From positions 1 through 16,118 of IMG/VR virus record IMGVR_UViG_3300045988_134023: a DNA stretch of 16,118 nt, one strand, 5' to 3'. The stretch comes from a virus. Below the pieces are notes generated by a model. The model was given only the letters and a program-made list of their open reading frames with translations. It was not told the DNA's origin and made no database searches. The position numbers and the translations under genes were made by a program. This document shows positions 1 through 7,976 of this stretch, one piece after another; position 1 is the first letter of the stretch; each line of letters starts with the position of its first letter.

Positions 1-146
1 CCCCCAGAAATCTGTCCTATCTTATCTGCATAGCTTCTAAAGGTATCGGAATCTGATACAGCAACACCTTTAGCTACAATAGCATCTTTAATGGCACTCT
101 TAGTACCTTCAAGATACGTTAATTTATCAGAAATTGTATTTGCCAT
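1..146 (-). CDS. Tail-fibre-like structural protein, N-terminal 48 codons only; the gene runs off the window start
   Basis: ATG at 144-146 lies 1 nt after the HNH stop (148-150). Hand translation MANTISDKLTYLEGTKSAIKDAIVAKGVAVSDSDTFRSYADKIGQISG stays open to position 3. The function call is from position in the fibre cluster only. Confidence 0.5.
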   Translation of the reverse strand, partial: MANTISDKLTYLEGTKSAIKDAIVAKGVAVSDSDTFRSYADKIGQISG

Positions 147-147
147 A

Positions 148-669
148 TTAGATATATTTAAATTTTACCCCTTTATAAGTGTCTGTTCTTCCTTTAAGAC
201 AATCTATAACTCTACTATGAGTATACCCATCTATTGATGTTTCAATTGCATTTTTATATGTTTTAACTAGTAAATCATTAATAAATAGCCCTACAGGTTT
301 ACTAATTTTATCAATACATCTATTTATTCTAGTTCCATATGTATTATTATACTTTGCATCACATCATTCTAAATTTTCTACCCTATTATCTGTCTTATTT
401 TCATTTATATGGTTAACATATGGTAGATTGTCAGGATTTGGAATAAATGCTTCTGCTACTAGTCTGTGAACTTTAATAGCTTTAGGTTTATCTAAGCCAG
501 ATACTAGAATTACATAATTATAGCCATATTTATCTATATGCTGTTTTAGCTTTTTATGTATTTGTTTTCTGGTTCTTCCAATAGAATCTTTAAAAGTCAA
601 TGGGTTACTATATACATCTCCTGTAGAAGATACACTATAGTTAGGATAATTTGTTAATACTCTATTCAT
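148..669 (-). CDS. HNH homing endonuclease (NUMOD4-like N-terminus, HNH_3-like core, C-terminal DNA-binding tail), read through one in-frame TGA at 364-366
   Basis: The track ORF 364..696 ends ...[16 protein letters not shown] at a TGA. Continuing in the same frame gives [72 protein letters not shown], ending at TAA 148-150. The N-terminus [14 protein letters not shown] and the motif [12 protein letters not shown]...[16 protein letters not shown][W] are classic for phage HNH endonucleases. The likely start is ATG 667-669 ([11 protein letters not shown]); ATG 682-684 or TTG 694-696 are alternatives. Confidence 0.8.
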
Positions 670-1201
670 TTGGAATTTCACCATTAATTGTATCAAGAGT
701 AGTTGAGATAGTTCCGATTTGTGCCTGTAAAGCTTGAATAGCAGCTTCTAATTCTGAAACCTTAGTATTATATACTTCTAATGTTACATAATTAGATAGT
801 TCCGATTTGTCTGCTTTATTTGCATCTAATGTCCCAACTTCCTTATCTAATGCATCAATCTTTAGTCCATCCTCTTCTTGCTTACTTTCAATAGCTGTAA
901 TCTTAGAAGAATTGTTTCCAACTTCTCCTTTAAGATTAGTAATCTCAGTATTAATTGGAACAAGTTTAGCATCTATAGATTGATCTACTAAAAGGGGAAC
1001 TTGCTCTTCAATACTTTCTGTTACTTTAGTATCAATTAACTCTTCTGCTTTCTCTTCAGAAATGTAATTACCTTTAGGTTGGAATCTTTCATCTGCTTCA
1101 ATCTTAGTATAAGAACCAACAGGAAGTTGTCCAGATTCAATACCACATTTCTTACTTACATAGAAGGTCTGAGTATTCTTAGTATTCTTTAATATAATCA
1201 T
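662..1201 (-). CDS. Coiled-coil tail fibre or fibre-shaft protein (179 aa)
   Basis: ORF from ATG 1199-1201 to TAG 662-664. It has heptad-like segments ([23 protein letters not shown]). It shares the motif KQEEDG-x-KID-x-LDKE (839-883) with the 540-aa fibre (3228-3272). Confidence 0.6.
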   Translation of the reverse strand: MIILKNTKNTQTFYVSKKCGIESGQLPVGSYTKIEADERFQPKGNYISEEKAEELIDTKVTESIEEQVPLLVDQSIDAKLVPINTEITNLKGEVGNNSSKITAIESKQEEDGLKIDALDKEVGTLDANKADKSELSNYVTLEVYNTKVSELEAAIQALQAQIGTISTTLDTINGEIPNE

Positions 1202-1203
1202 CG

Positions 1204-1440
1204 TTATTTAACTTTTATTGATTCTTCATACTCTTTTGAAGCTGTTTTAGCAGTTTCTTTATATTCAGAATCCTGCTCTAATGTTATCTCTCTTAAATGT
1301 TCTAAATCACAATTTAATGGACAAATACACTCTTTAAATGAGTTATACCCTTTAATATCCATTTCGTCTTTATAGTTAGTAAGAAGCATATTATCTTCAG
1401 GTTTAACTACTTTATACTTTTCTTTAATTTCAATTTTCAT
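1204..1440 (-). CDS. Small protein (78 aa), paralog of 3995..4210; possibly a fibre assembly or accessory factor
   Basis: ATG-to-TAA ORF packed between a repeat protein and a fibre gene. It shares the pattern L/I-T-x-Y-(4)-IK-x-Y-x-x-F-(4)-CPL with the 3995..4210 product. The function is an inference from position only. Confidence 0.55.
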   Translation of the reverse strand: MKIEIKEKYKVVKPEDNMLLTNYKDEMDIKGYNSFKECICPLNCDLEHLREITLEQDSEYKETAKTASKEYEESIKVK

Positions 1441-1447
1441 AGTGTAT

Positions 1448-2365
1448 TTAATTAGAATATGATATTGTTCATCCTTTAGAAACTATCTGGGCTTTTTGAT
1501 CTTCAGTTAAAGAGTCAAAGATTACTTTATTAAAAACAATAGTAGGATTCTTAGATGCGTCTGAATATAGTCCTTCTATTATATTATTTATAGATTGAAC
1601 AGTAAGTGCAGGTAATCCTCCTAAATGCAATGTATATGTACTCATAGTGACTCCCTTCCCAATATTTGTAAAACCTCCAATATCTGTAAGTAGGGTGAAA
1701 TCTTTAGATTCTTGATCTCTCTCATCATCAGTTCTGAATAAATCAGAAAAATTACTCCAGTTACTTGCATCATATTGCGGAACAGATTGAAGCCTATAAC
1801 AGTACCTAAACATTTGATAAACAGTAACTTTTTTAGTTGAAGAAAAAGTTATCTGAGGTGCTGTTTTTAATTGTTCTGAATATCTAAATAATCCAGTACA
1901 ATCTACAGCATTAGATAGATCTAATGGATCTATTTCTGTAGCTCCAATTCCAGATAAGGCACCATACATCCTCTTTTTACCAATAAAAATATCAGGTAAT
2001 ATATATGTTAAACTACGACATCCAGCAAATAAATAATACAAATCAGTATCTGTATTTTCAGTAATATATTTTTGAGCATCTATAGATGTAGTTAACTGAT
2101 ACTGTAATGATGAATCTGCTCTAAATATAGAAGTTTTTGGGTTAGATGAAGTAGGATTTATATATCAACTAATAACATCTGGATTATTACATTCTGTAAT
2201 TATTGAATTTACACTTCCTAAATATTGTCTTGCAACTGCTTTACGAAAAGTATCATCTATAAATGGAATTGGAGGACAAGGCCAGACTTTGGTACTGCCA
2301 ACATAAATAGCAGTACCTTGTCTGTTACCTACATAAAAAGCTTTTAAATTATCTCGAATATTCAT
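1448..2365 (-). CDS. Receptor-binding or tail-fibre candidate (305 aa) with C-terminal ~26-residue F-x-x-C-x-x-L surface-protein repeats (DUF285/BspA-like class), read through TGAs at 2165-2167 and 1469-1471
   Basis: Track ORFs 2165..2365 and 1469..2041 are in the same frame (2365 and 2041 are both 1 mod 3). I translated 2042-2164 and found no TAA or TAG. Reading past TGA 1469 adds TISYSN, then TAA 1448-1450. Repeats include LFAGCRSLTYI, LDLSNAVDCTGLFRYSEQL and QMFRYCYRLQSVPQYDASNWSNFSDLF. The C-terminus LTEDQKAQIVSKG[TGA]TIS parallels LTDEQKEIATNKNWILA of 4210..5220. Confidence 0.7.
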
Positions 2366-2366
2366 A

Positions 2367-3989
2367 TTACTCTACAATTAAATATTGAGTATTTGGATCT
2401 TTACTTGAAATAGCATCATATTCAGATTGAGTTACCACAAGAATAGTATGAACTTGTGGTTGAGTTCCACTTCCATAAGTAACTGGATTAGAAACGCTCT
2501 CAATATCTATATTTCCACTACCTAACAAGCTTTCTCCATTAACTGTCTTGATATTTGTTCCACTAACTAAAGTATCTTGTTTATTTCCTAATCCTGCATT
2601 TAATTCAGTTTCCGTAACATATTCATCAGGAATAGAAGTTAAAAATCCACTATCATTAGTAAGCTCAGATGTCTTAGTTGGTATACCTAAATCTGATAAA
2701 CTCTTATTGCCAGATAACTCAACAGAATTAATCTGAGGTTTATTTGTTAACTGAGTATAGTCAGTAGTCCCTCCAGATATTTCAAGATTACCTTCTCCTA
2801 AAATACTTTCACCATTAATAGTCTTTATATTAGTCTCAGAGACTAGTTCCTCTTGATACCTATGATAACTAGTATCTACTGATACTCCAGTTGGAGTAAT
2901 AGTAGTTAGAATTACAGTATGATTAGCTGTAATACTTTCAAAATGGAAAGTAGCTTGAATACTTTCTCCTGAAGCAAAACATACTTCTGGAGTAGATACA
3001 TCATTATAACCTAGAATACCTACATAATAAAGCTCATATGGTGCGTTATTAAGTATAGCATTCTTAACAGCAGCGAAATCTCCACAAAGAGGAATAGTGG
3101 AATTTATAAATAGAAATGGAATATTAGAACCACTTTTAATTTCTATATTACCTTTTCCAAGTAAAGACTGACTATTGATTGTTTTGATATTAGTTCCACT
3201 TACAAGTAAATCTTGCTTAGTAGCCATCTCTTTATCAAGTGAATCAATCTTATTTCCATCTTCTTCTTGCTTTGTTTTAATAATTGATATGTCTGAAGTA
3301 TTAGTTGCTACTTGAGTAGATAAAGATTCTACCACAGAAGAATCAGCTTTACCAGCAAGTTCTGTTTTTGTTGCATAATCTCCTACAGGCTGTTTAGTAG
3401 CAAGCTGCTCATCAACATAAGTCTTATCTGCTTTACCTGCTAAATCTCCAGAAACCTCTGCTTCAGTTACAAAGTTAGAATCATTAGTAAGCTCACTAAC
3501 TTTAGTTGGAATATCACTCTTTAAAGCATAATCTCCTTTATCTTGTTTTAGATCTATTTTTCCTTCTAAAGAAGTTTCTAATGTATTAACCTTATCATTA
3601 GTTGCATAAGTAGATAAATCTACAGATAATTGAGTCTTATCTTCATTAAAAGCTAATGGAGCTTGAGGAGCAAATACTCCTTGTTTTTCCTCAAGTTTGG
3701 CATCTACTTCTTCTTTAGTTGGATAGTCAATAAGTTTCTCTGTAATTTGATTGTCAACATCTTCAATAGAAGGAATTCCTAATTCTTTAGAAGGAATATT
3801 CCCATTTAATTCAACCCCATTGATTTCAGGCTTAAATTGAAGATCTTGATAGTTACTTGATCCTAACTGAGAACCATCCATAACCTTTACCTCATCATCT
3901 TTATCTATTACTAGAACCTTAGTAACATTTGACTTATCAATTGTATCTACTTCTAATACATTTAGGTAAGGCAGAATAGTATTTTCCAT
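2367..3989 (-). CDS. Tail fibre protein (540 aa) with repeated fibre motifs
   Basis: ATG-to-TAA ORF. It has three copies of LVS-G/E-TNIKT-I/V-N-x-x-S-L/I-LG-x-GN-I/L-E/D-I. It has two copies of Y-x-x-L-x-x-KP-x-IN-x-VEL-x-GN...LGIP followed by SELTNDS-x-F. The C-terminal ILVVTQSEYDAISSKDPNTQYLIVE motif is typical of phage fibres. It contains no Trp codon of either kind. Confidence 0.75.
   Translation of the reverse strand: MENTILPYLNVLEVDTIDKSNVTKVLVIDKDDEVKVMDGSQLGSSNYQDLQFKPEINGVELNGNIPSKELGIPSIEDVDNQITEKLIDYPTKEEVDAKLEEKQGVFAPQAPLAFNEDKTQLSVDLSTYATNDKVNTLETSLEGKIDLKQDKGDYALKSDIPTKVSELTNDSNFVTEAEVSGDLAGKADKTYVDEQLATKQPVGDYATKTELAGKADSSVVESLSTQVATNTSDISIIKTKQEEDGNKIDSLDKEMATKQDLLVSGTNIKTINSQSLLGKGNIEIKSGSNIPFLFINSTIPLCGDFAAVKNAILNNAPYELYYVGILGYNDVSTPEVCFASGESIQATFHFESITANHTVILTTITPTGVSVDTSYHRYQEELVSETNIKTINGESILGEGNLEISGGTTDYTQLTNKPQINSVELSGNKSLSDLGIPTKTSELTNDSGFLTSIPDEYVTETELNAGLGNKQDTLVSGTNIKTVNGESLLGSGNIDIESVSNPVTYGSGTQPQVHTILVVTQSEYDAISSKDPNTQYLIVE
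2502..3209 (-). repeat. Three diverged copies of a 24-aa fibre motif (2502-2573, 2778-2849, 3138-3209); copies 1 and 2 bracket a 96-aa insert domain (2850-3137)
   Basis: Residues 261-284, 381-404 and 473-496 of the 540-aa protein, with coordinates computed from the ORF start at 3989. The copies are conserved at protein level and only loosely at DNA level. Confidence 0.7.
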
Positions 3990-3994
3990 ATTGT

Positions 3995-4210
3995 TTATTT
4001 TTTAATTAATTCTTTATCTTTTAAGTATGACTTATGCGTTAATTCATCAACAATATAATACTTATTAACATTAATAGTTAAAGGACAATACATTATTGTA
4101 AATGCACAATAGTCTTTAATATTAGATCCATCATACTTTGTAATATAATACCCTTCATCTGATGTAAGTATAATGAATTTATCAGTTTTATTAATATGTA
4201 AATGTTCCAT
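3995..4210 (-). CDS. Small protein (71 aa), paralog of 1204..1440; possibly a fibre assembly or accessory factor
   Basis: ATG 4208-4210 overlaps the upstream TAA (4210-4212) as TAATG. MEHLHINKTDKFIILTSDEGYYITKYDGSNIKDYCAFTIMYCPL... carries the same Y-x-IK-x-Y-x-x-F-x4-CPL pattern as the 78-aa protein. The track's TTG start at 4225 is less likely. Confidence 0.55.
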   Translation of the reverse strand: MEHLHINKTDKFIILTSDEGYYITKYDGSNIKDYCAFTIMYCPLTINVNKYYIVDELTHKSYLKDKELIKK

Positions 4211-5220
4211 TATGCTAGTATCCAATTTTTATTAGTTGCAATTTCTTTTTGTTCATCTGTTAGTTTTGCAAGATTTGCAGATCCAATTGTTTGTGTTTTT
4301 TCTACTTGCCCTGTTAAATCTACTAATGCATTTATTACTGACATTAATGAATCTACTGTTATTCTAGTACTACTAGTACCTCCTAAATTTAAATCAACAT
4401 CTAATGTTCCAGTTAATGTAATATCTTTAATATTATAGCAACTGCCAAACATATTCTCTGCTTCCGTCAATGCACTTAAATCAGACGAAAAGACCTCTAA
4501 TCCTGAACAAAATAAGAACATACTTGATCCTATATTTAATGAAGATAATGTTTTATCAAATGTTTTTAATTCTGAAGAAGCACATTTATAACTTCCATCA
4601 GTCAATGATTCCCATCCTACAATATTATCAGGAACACTATTCTGTTGATAATATGCTAAACTTACTCCTGGATTTTCAATACTTTGTTGTATATAAACTT
4701 GTACTGTTAGTTTCTTCATTGCATCATAACCTGATGAAGGAGTATATTGTTGAGGTCCATCTGAGCTTACAAAAAGACTTCTAGTAACATTATCTTCTAT
4801 ATTATATGTAGGAACATTAACAATTACGTCACACATCTCTATATAATCATATCCATCTCCAGGAATGATAGTAGTAGTTCCATTTTCAGTAATAGTAACC
4901 TGTTTATTATCCTCAACTGGTATTTCTACATCAACTTCAACTCTTGATAAGCCAGAATATCCTTCATCAGGAGTTACTTCTGTCATTGATACATTTTTGT
5001 CTATTGAAATGTGCTTATCTTGTAATGGAACTACTACATCAACAGATACATTTACCTTAGACATTCCATCATATCCCTCATCTGGCAGTACTTCAAACTC
5101 TGCATTCTGTGCATATTCTACAGATTTTTCTTGTAATTTACATTCAGCAGCTTTAATTAAATCTAAATTTTTAGTTGTAGTATTTTTAGCTACTGGTTCT
5201 GATGTGAATACTATTGCCAT
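4210..5220 (-). CDS. Receptor-binding or tail-fibre candidate (336 aa): N-terminal 4x P-x-x-GY-D/S repeats plus C-terminal MF-x-x-C-x-x-L (DUF285/BspA-like) repeats
   Basis: ATG-to-TAA ORF. C-terminal repeats are SSMFLFCSGLEVFSSDLSALTEAENMFGSCYNIKDI. The C-terminus KLTDEQKEIATNKNWILA is paralogous to that of 1448..2365. Confidence 0.65.
   Translation of the reverse strand: MAIVFTSEPVAKNTTTKNLDLIKAAECKLQEKSVEYAQNAEFEVLPDEGYDGMSKVNVSVDVVVPLQDKHISIDKNVSMTEVTPDEGYSGLSRVEVDVEIPVEDNKQVTITENGTTTIIPGDGYDYIEMCDVIVNVPTYNIEDNVTRSLFVSSDGPQQYTPSSGYDAMKKLTVQVYIQQSIENPGVSLAYYQQNSVPDNIVGWESLTDGSYKCASSELKTFDKTLSSLNIGSSMFLFCSGLEVFSSDLSALTEAENMFGSCYNIKDITLTGTLDVDLNLGGTSSTRITVDSLMSVINALVDLTGQVEKTQTIGSANLAKLTDEQKEIATNKNWILA
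4690..5100 (-). repeat. Four tandem, diverged ~38-aa-period repeats within the 336-aa protein
   Basis: The repeats are EFEVLPDEGYDGMSKVNVSVDV (41-62), MTEVTPDEGYSGLSRVEVDVEI (79-100), TTIIPGDGYDYIEMCDVIVNVP (116-137) and QQYTPSSGYDAMKKLTVQVYI (157-177). Confidence 0.65.
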
Positions 5221-5261
5221 ATTATTTTTCTATAAAATATAAATTATTCATTATGTGGTAT

Positions 5262-5301
5262 ATAAACAAAATAAGGGGCAAGTAAATTAATACTCGCCCC
5301 T
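5262..5301 (-). terminator. Rho-independent terminator downstream of the tail-tube-like gene
   Basis: The minus-strand transcript reads AGGGGCGAG-(10-nt loop)-CTTGCCCCT. The stem is plus 5274-5282 against 5293-5301, with 8 of 9 positions paired. It is followed by TATTTTGTTTAT and lies 11 nt after the TAA at 5312-5314. It is the only GC-rich hairpin in an AT-rich spacer. Confidence 0.7.
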
Positions 5302-5311
5302 CTTTCTGTTA

Positions 5312-5836
5312 TTAAGCACCTACAACGCTTTGGATAGCTTCTGCAGATAACTCATAAGGATAAGAATCTGAATCTGTTGAAAGTGTCAGAGTATAAGCAT
5401 TCTGATCACCTTTAGCAGTACCAGTAACACCCGTACCAGCGGAAGCGCTTACATAATCATCTTTACCTAAGAACCAATACTTACCATTGCTATCTTCAAC
5501 AACAACTGCAAGCTGACCAATTGATAAAGCTGCAATCTCTACTCGTTTTGCGGTTTCCATCTTTGTAAATACAAGAGCAAGCTCATTACTTACATAATTA
5601 ACACCAGCACTTTCATCTACATTTAAAGTTGAGGTTAGAGAACCAGTAGCCTTTCTAAATTGGTAGTTATACCATTTAGCTGAAGACTCAAGAGTAATAT
5701 CTGAAATCATATTGCTCTCAGGATCAACCGTTACACTTTTAACATCTGCATACTGGGTAATCCATACCTGTTTGATTCCACCCAATGAAGGTTGGCAATC
5801 AAGTGTGATTCCTGCGATAGTTATTAAACAAGCCAT
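5312..5836 (-). CDS. Major tail (tail tube)-like structural protein (174 aa)
   Basis: ATG-to-TAA ORF directly after the capsid gene and followed by a strong terminator. Size, composition (MACLITIAGITLDC..., Gly/Thr/Ser-rich C-terminal half ...TGVTGTAKGDQNAYTLTL) and higher GC suggest a very abundant virion protein. The family assignment is from recollection, not a search. Confidence 0.55.
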   Translation of the reverse strand: MACLITIAGITLDCQPSLGGIKQVWITQYADVKSVTVDPESNMISDITLESSAKWYNYQFRKATGSLTSTLNVDESAGVNYVSNELALVFTKMETAKRVEIAALSIGQLAVVVEDSNGKYWFLGKDDYVSASAGTGVTGTAKGDQNAYTLTLSTDSDSYPYELSAEAIQSVVGA

Positions 5837-5876
5837 AATTTCAATATCATTTAGAAGTTAATAAAATCTATTGAAA

Positions 5877-6782
5877 TTAAGCCTTGGCGCCTAATACTAC
5901 TTCGTCAGGGAAAGCAACTTGTACACCAGCGTTAAATTCAATAGCTAATCTGAACTCGCGGAAATCCTGTGAATACCACAATTCGAATTTCTCTTCATCG
6001 TTCATCATATCTACACCATAGAAGAAGTTCTTGTCTAACTGACCAGCAACAATCTTATCAGTTCCATTAAGACCATTAACAGCAATAACCTTAACCTGTG
6101 AACCAGGAAGATAAATCTCACCATTAAGGCTCTCTCCGCTATAGTGGAAATAGTTCTTCTCAACAAGTTCATTTACGAACTTACGGAACATATCGGCACC
6201 AACAAGAATAGAAGCACCATCAAGAACCTTCTCAGGAATTGCATTATAAACTGCCATAATATCAGTATAAGCAGATGTTCCAGCAATTGTTACATCTACA
6301 GTACCAGCATCAGCAGCAAGAATCTTAAGCAGACCATCAAAATACTTCAAGTTATTAGTTTCTGAAGCCGTATCACCCTGCCAGATAGCTATCTCAATAG
6401 CCTCTTTTACGTTCTCTACAACAGCATTTACGAAATCCTCTTCAAAAGGAAGAGTCTTCTGACCAGCGGCTACCTTAACTGCATACTGAGTCCAGTATTT
6501 CAGCATAGCCTTATCGCAATATGCCATATTAATCTTAATATTACCAGTCTTAAGAATTCTCTGAGAAAGAGTCTGAGTTCCAGCCTCATCCCAACCACAA
6601 GTAAGACCATCACCGAACTGAACATCGGTAGATAACAGGTTAAGAGTAGCATCAGTTTTAATATCTGTCTGAAGATTAAACAAACTTGCACTCTTAGCTT
6701 TTAAAACCGCTTCCTTAATAAGAGGGAGACGTCTTTGCTCCACATAAGCAGGAAGCGTTGTCATAATTGGTGAATTTGCCAT
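5877..6782 (-). CDS. Major capsid protein (301 aa, presumably HK97-fold)
   Basis: ATG-to-TAA ORF in the protease-scaffold-capsid position, of a size typical for an MCP that uses a separate scaffold. It lies in the window's highest-GC stretch. All four Trp codons are TGG. Confidence 0.7.
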   Translation of the reverse strand: MANSPIMTTLPAYVEQRRLPLIKEAVLKAKSASLFNLQTDIKTDATLNLLSTDVQFGDGLTCGWDEAGTQTLSQRILKTGNIKINMAYCDKAMLKYWTQYAVKVAAGQKTLPFEEDFVNAVVENVKEAIEIAIWQGDTASETNNLKYFDGLLKILAADAGTVDVTIAGTSAYTDIMAVYNAIPEKVLDGASILVGADMFRKFVNELVEKNYFHYSGESLNGEIYLPGSQVKVIAVNGLNGTDKIVAGQLDKNFFYGVDMMNDEEKFELWYSQDFREFRLAIEFNAGVQVAFPDEVVLGAKA

Positions 6783-6783
6783 T

Positions 6784-7353
6784 TTATAAAATTTTAAATA
6801 ATAATTGTTTGTGAGTTTTTGATCTTCCAGCTATTACATTATCAATAGCTTTCGGATTAAATCCATCTAGTTTTAATTCGTTTCTCGTTTTATACATTTT
6901 AATTAATTTTCCGTCTAAAGAATAACAACCAATGTTATAGTCTTTATGCCAATTAGAGCCAACTCTTGATTTAGAGATTTGAGCTTTAGATACTTCTGTA
7001 TGATGTCTGCCATAAAAAGGATTTTTCTCTCCAGAGTGATTATGACCTTGTCTTTTTCCTCCTTTTAATCCTCCAGGTTCTTGATTCATACATAACGGAT
7101 CTGTTTTTCATAAATCTCCAACTCAATAAGCTTCCCTTTCAGCATTTTCTTCTTTAGAAGCATTCAGTTCAATTATTGTTTTACGGTATGTACCAACTGT
7201 TCCGTATTTATCGAAAAAAGATTTACAAAACCGACCACTGCCTCTATAAGCCTTATCATTTTCTGGCTTATAATTAACTGTTCGTTTTCCTATATAATAT
7301 TTGCCAATATGTTTTGGATGTAGGAAGTCGATTTTATAAATATAATGATACAT
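6784..7353 (-). CDS. GIY-YIG homing endonuclease with NUMOD3-type linker and C-terminal DNA-binding domain (189 aa), read through TGAs at 7123-7125 and 7108-7110
   Basis: Track ORFs 7123..7353 (YHYIYKIDF...KYYIGKR...RGSGRF...AEREAY) and 6784..7089 (GEKNPFYGRHHTEVSKAQISKS...) are in the same frame (7353 and 7089 are both 0 mod 3). The junction translates ...EREAY[TGA]VGDL[TGA]KTDPLCMNQEPGG with no TAA or TAG. Its ATG overlaps the scaffold TAA as TAATG (7351-7355). Confidence 0.85.
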
Positions 7354-7976
7354 TACCCAATAAAGTTCTTAAGTTTCTTATCAATCGTAGGATCTCCACT
7401 AGAAACAAAAGATTTATCTTCTAAACCTTTTTCAAGTGTTTCCTCTGCTGAAAAAGCAGCACTCATCTTACTCATCTTTTCAACCGTCTTTTCTGTAGCT
7501 TCAGATTTACCCTCTAATTCAGCTACTTTCTTAACAAGCTTATCAACAATGTCATAAAGCTCATTAATTTCGCGATGAATAGCGTCGATTGCATCAGTCT
7601 CAGTTTCTTTAACACCGTCTGTTTCAACAGCAGGATCAGCAACTTCCTCAGCTTTTACTCTCTTAGCTCCACAAGCAGCATCAACCTCAACAGTTCTCAT
7701 ACCCTCATCTGGATCAACTTCAGCTTTAGGATCAGTAATGGATTCTACTTTACCGTCTTTAACAACAATAGTTTTGCCATCCTCGGTAATATACTCACCA
7801 TCAGCAGCAGGTGCATATTCGCCAGTATCAGTATCCATTGTATATACACTCATACCTGCCCTTAGATCCTCATCCTCACTACCATCGTAAGTTAGAACTC
7901 CAGCACTAGTCTTAACATCGTTAAATTTTGCTAAGAGTTTACTAAGTTCGATTCTCAGTTTAGTTAATTTGTTCAT
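7353..7976 (-). CDS. Capsid scaffolding protein (207 aa)
   Basis: Highly acidic protein with helical and coiled-coil termini (MNKLTKLRIELSKLLAKF..., ...INELYDIVDKLVKKVAELEGK). It sits between the protease and capsid genes and contains no Trp. Confidence 0.65.
   Translation of the reverse strand: MNKLTKLRIELSKLLAKFNDVKTSAGVLTYDGSEDEDLRAGMSVYTMDTDTGEYAPAADGEYITEDGKTIVVKDGKVESITDPKAEVDPDEGMRTVEVDAACGAKRVKAEEVADPAVETDGVKETETDAIDAIHREINELYDIVDKLVKKVAELEGKSEATEKTVEKMSKMSAAFSAEETLEKGLEDKSFVSSGDPTIDKKLKNFIG

Noticed and set aside
2502-3209. The repeated fibre motifs could be a DGR template/variable repeat pair.
   Set aside because: The copies are only loosely similar at DNA level, with no adenine-specific mismatch pattern. 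No reverse transcriptase gene is present in the window.
6500-6691. A minus-strand 63-aa ORF inside the capsid gene.
   Set aside because: It is an alternative frame nested entirely within the capsid CDS, with a Leu/Arg-rich nonsense-like translation.
6784-7353. The GIY-YIG N-terminal ORF (7123..7353) and the NUMOD3 ORF (6784..7089) could be a split or degenerate endonuclease, or two separate genes.
   Set aside because: They share a frame. Both interruptions between them are TGA, and the first lands on the conserved Trp of the GIY-YIG alpha-helix. A single 189-aa enzyme is the simpler reading.
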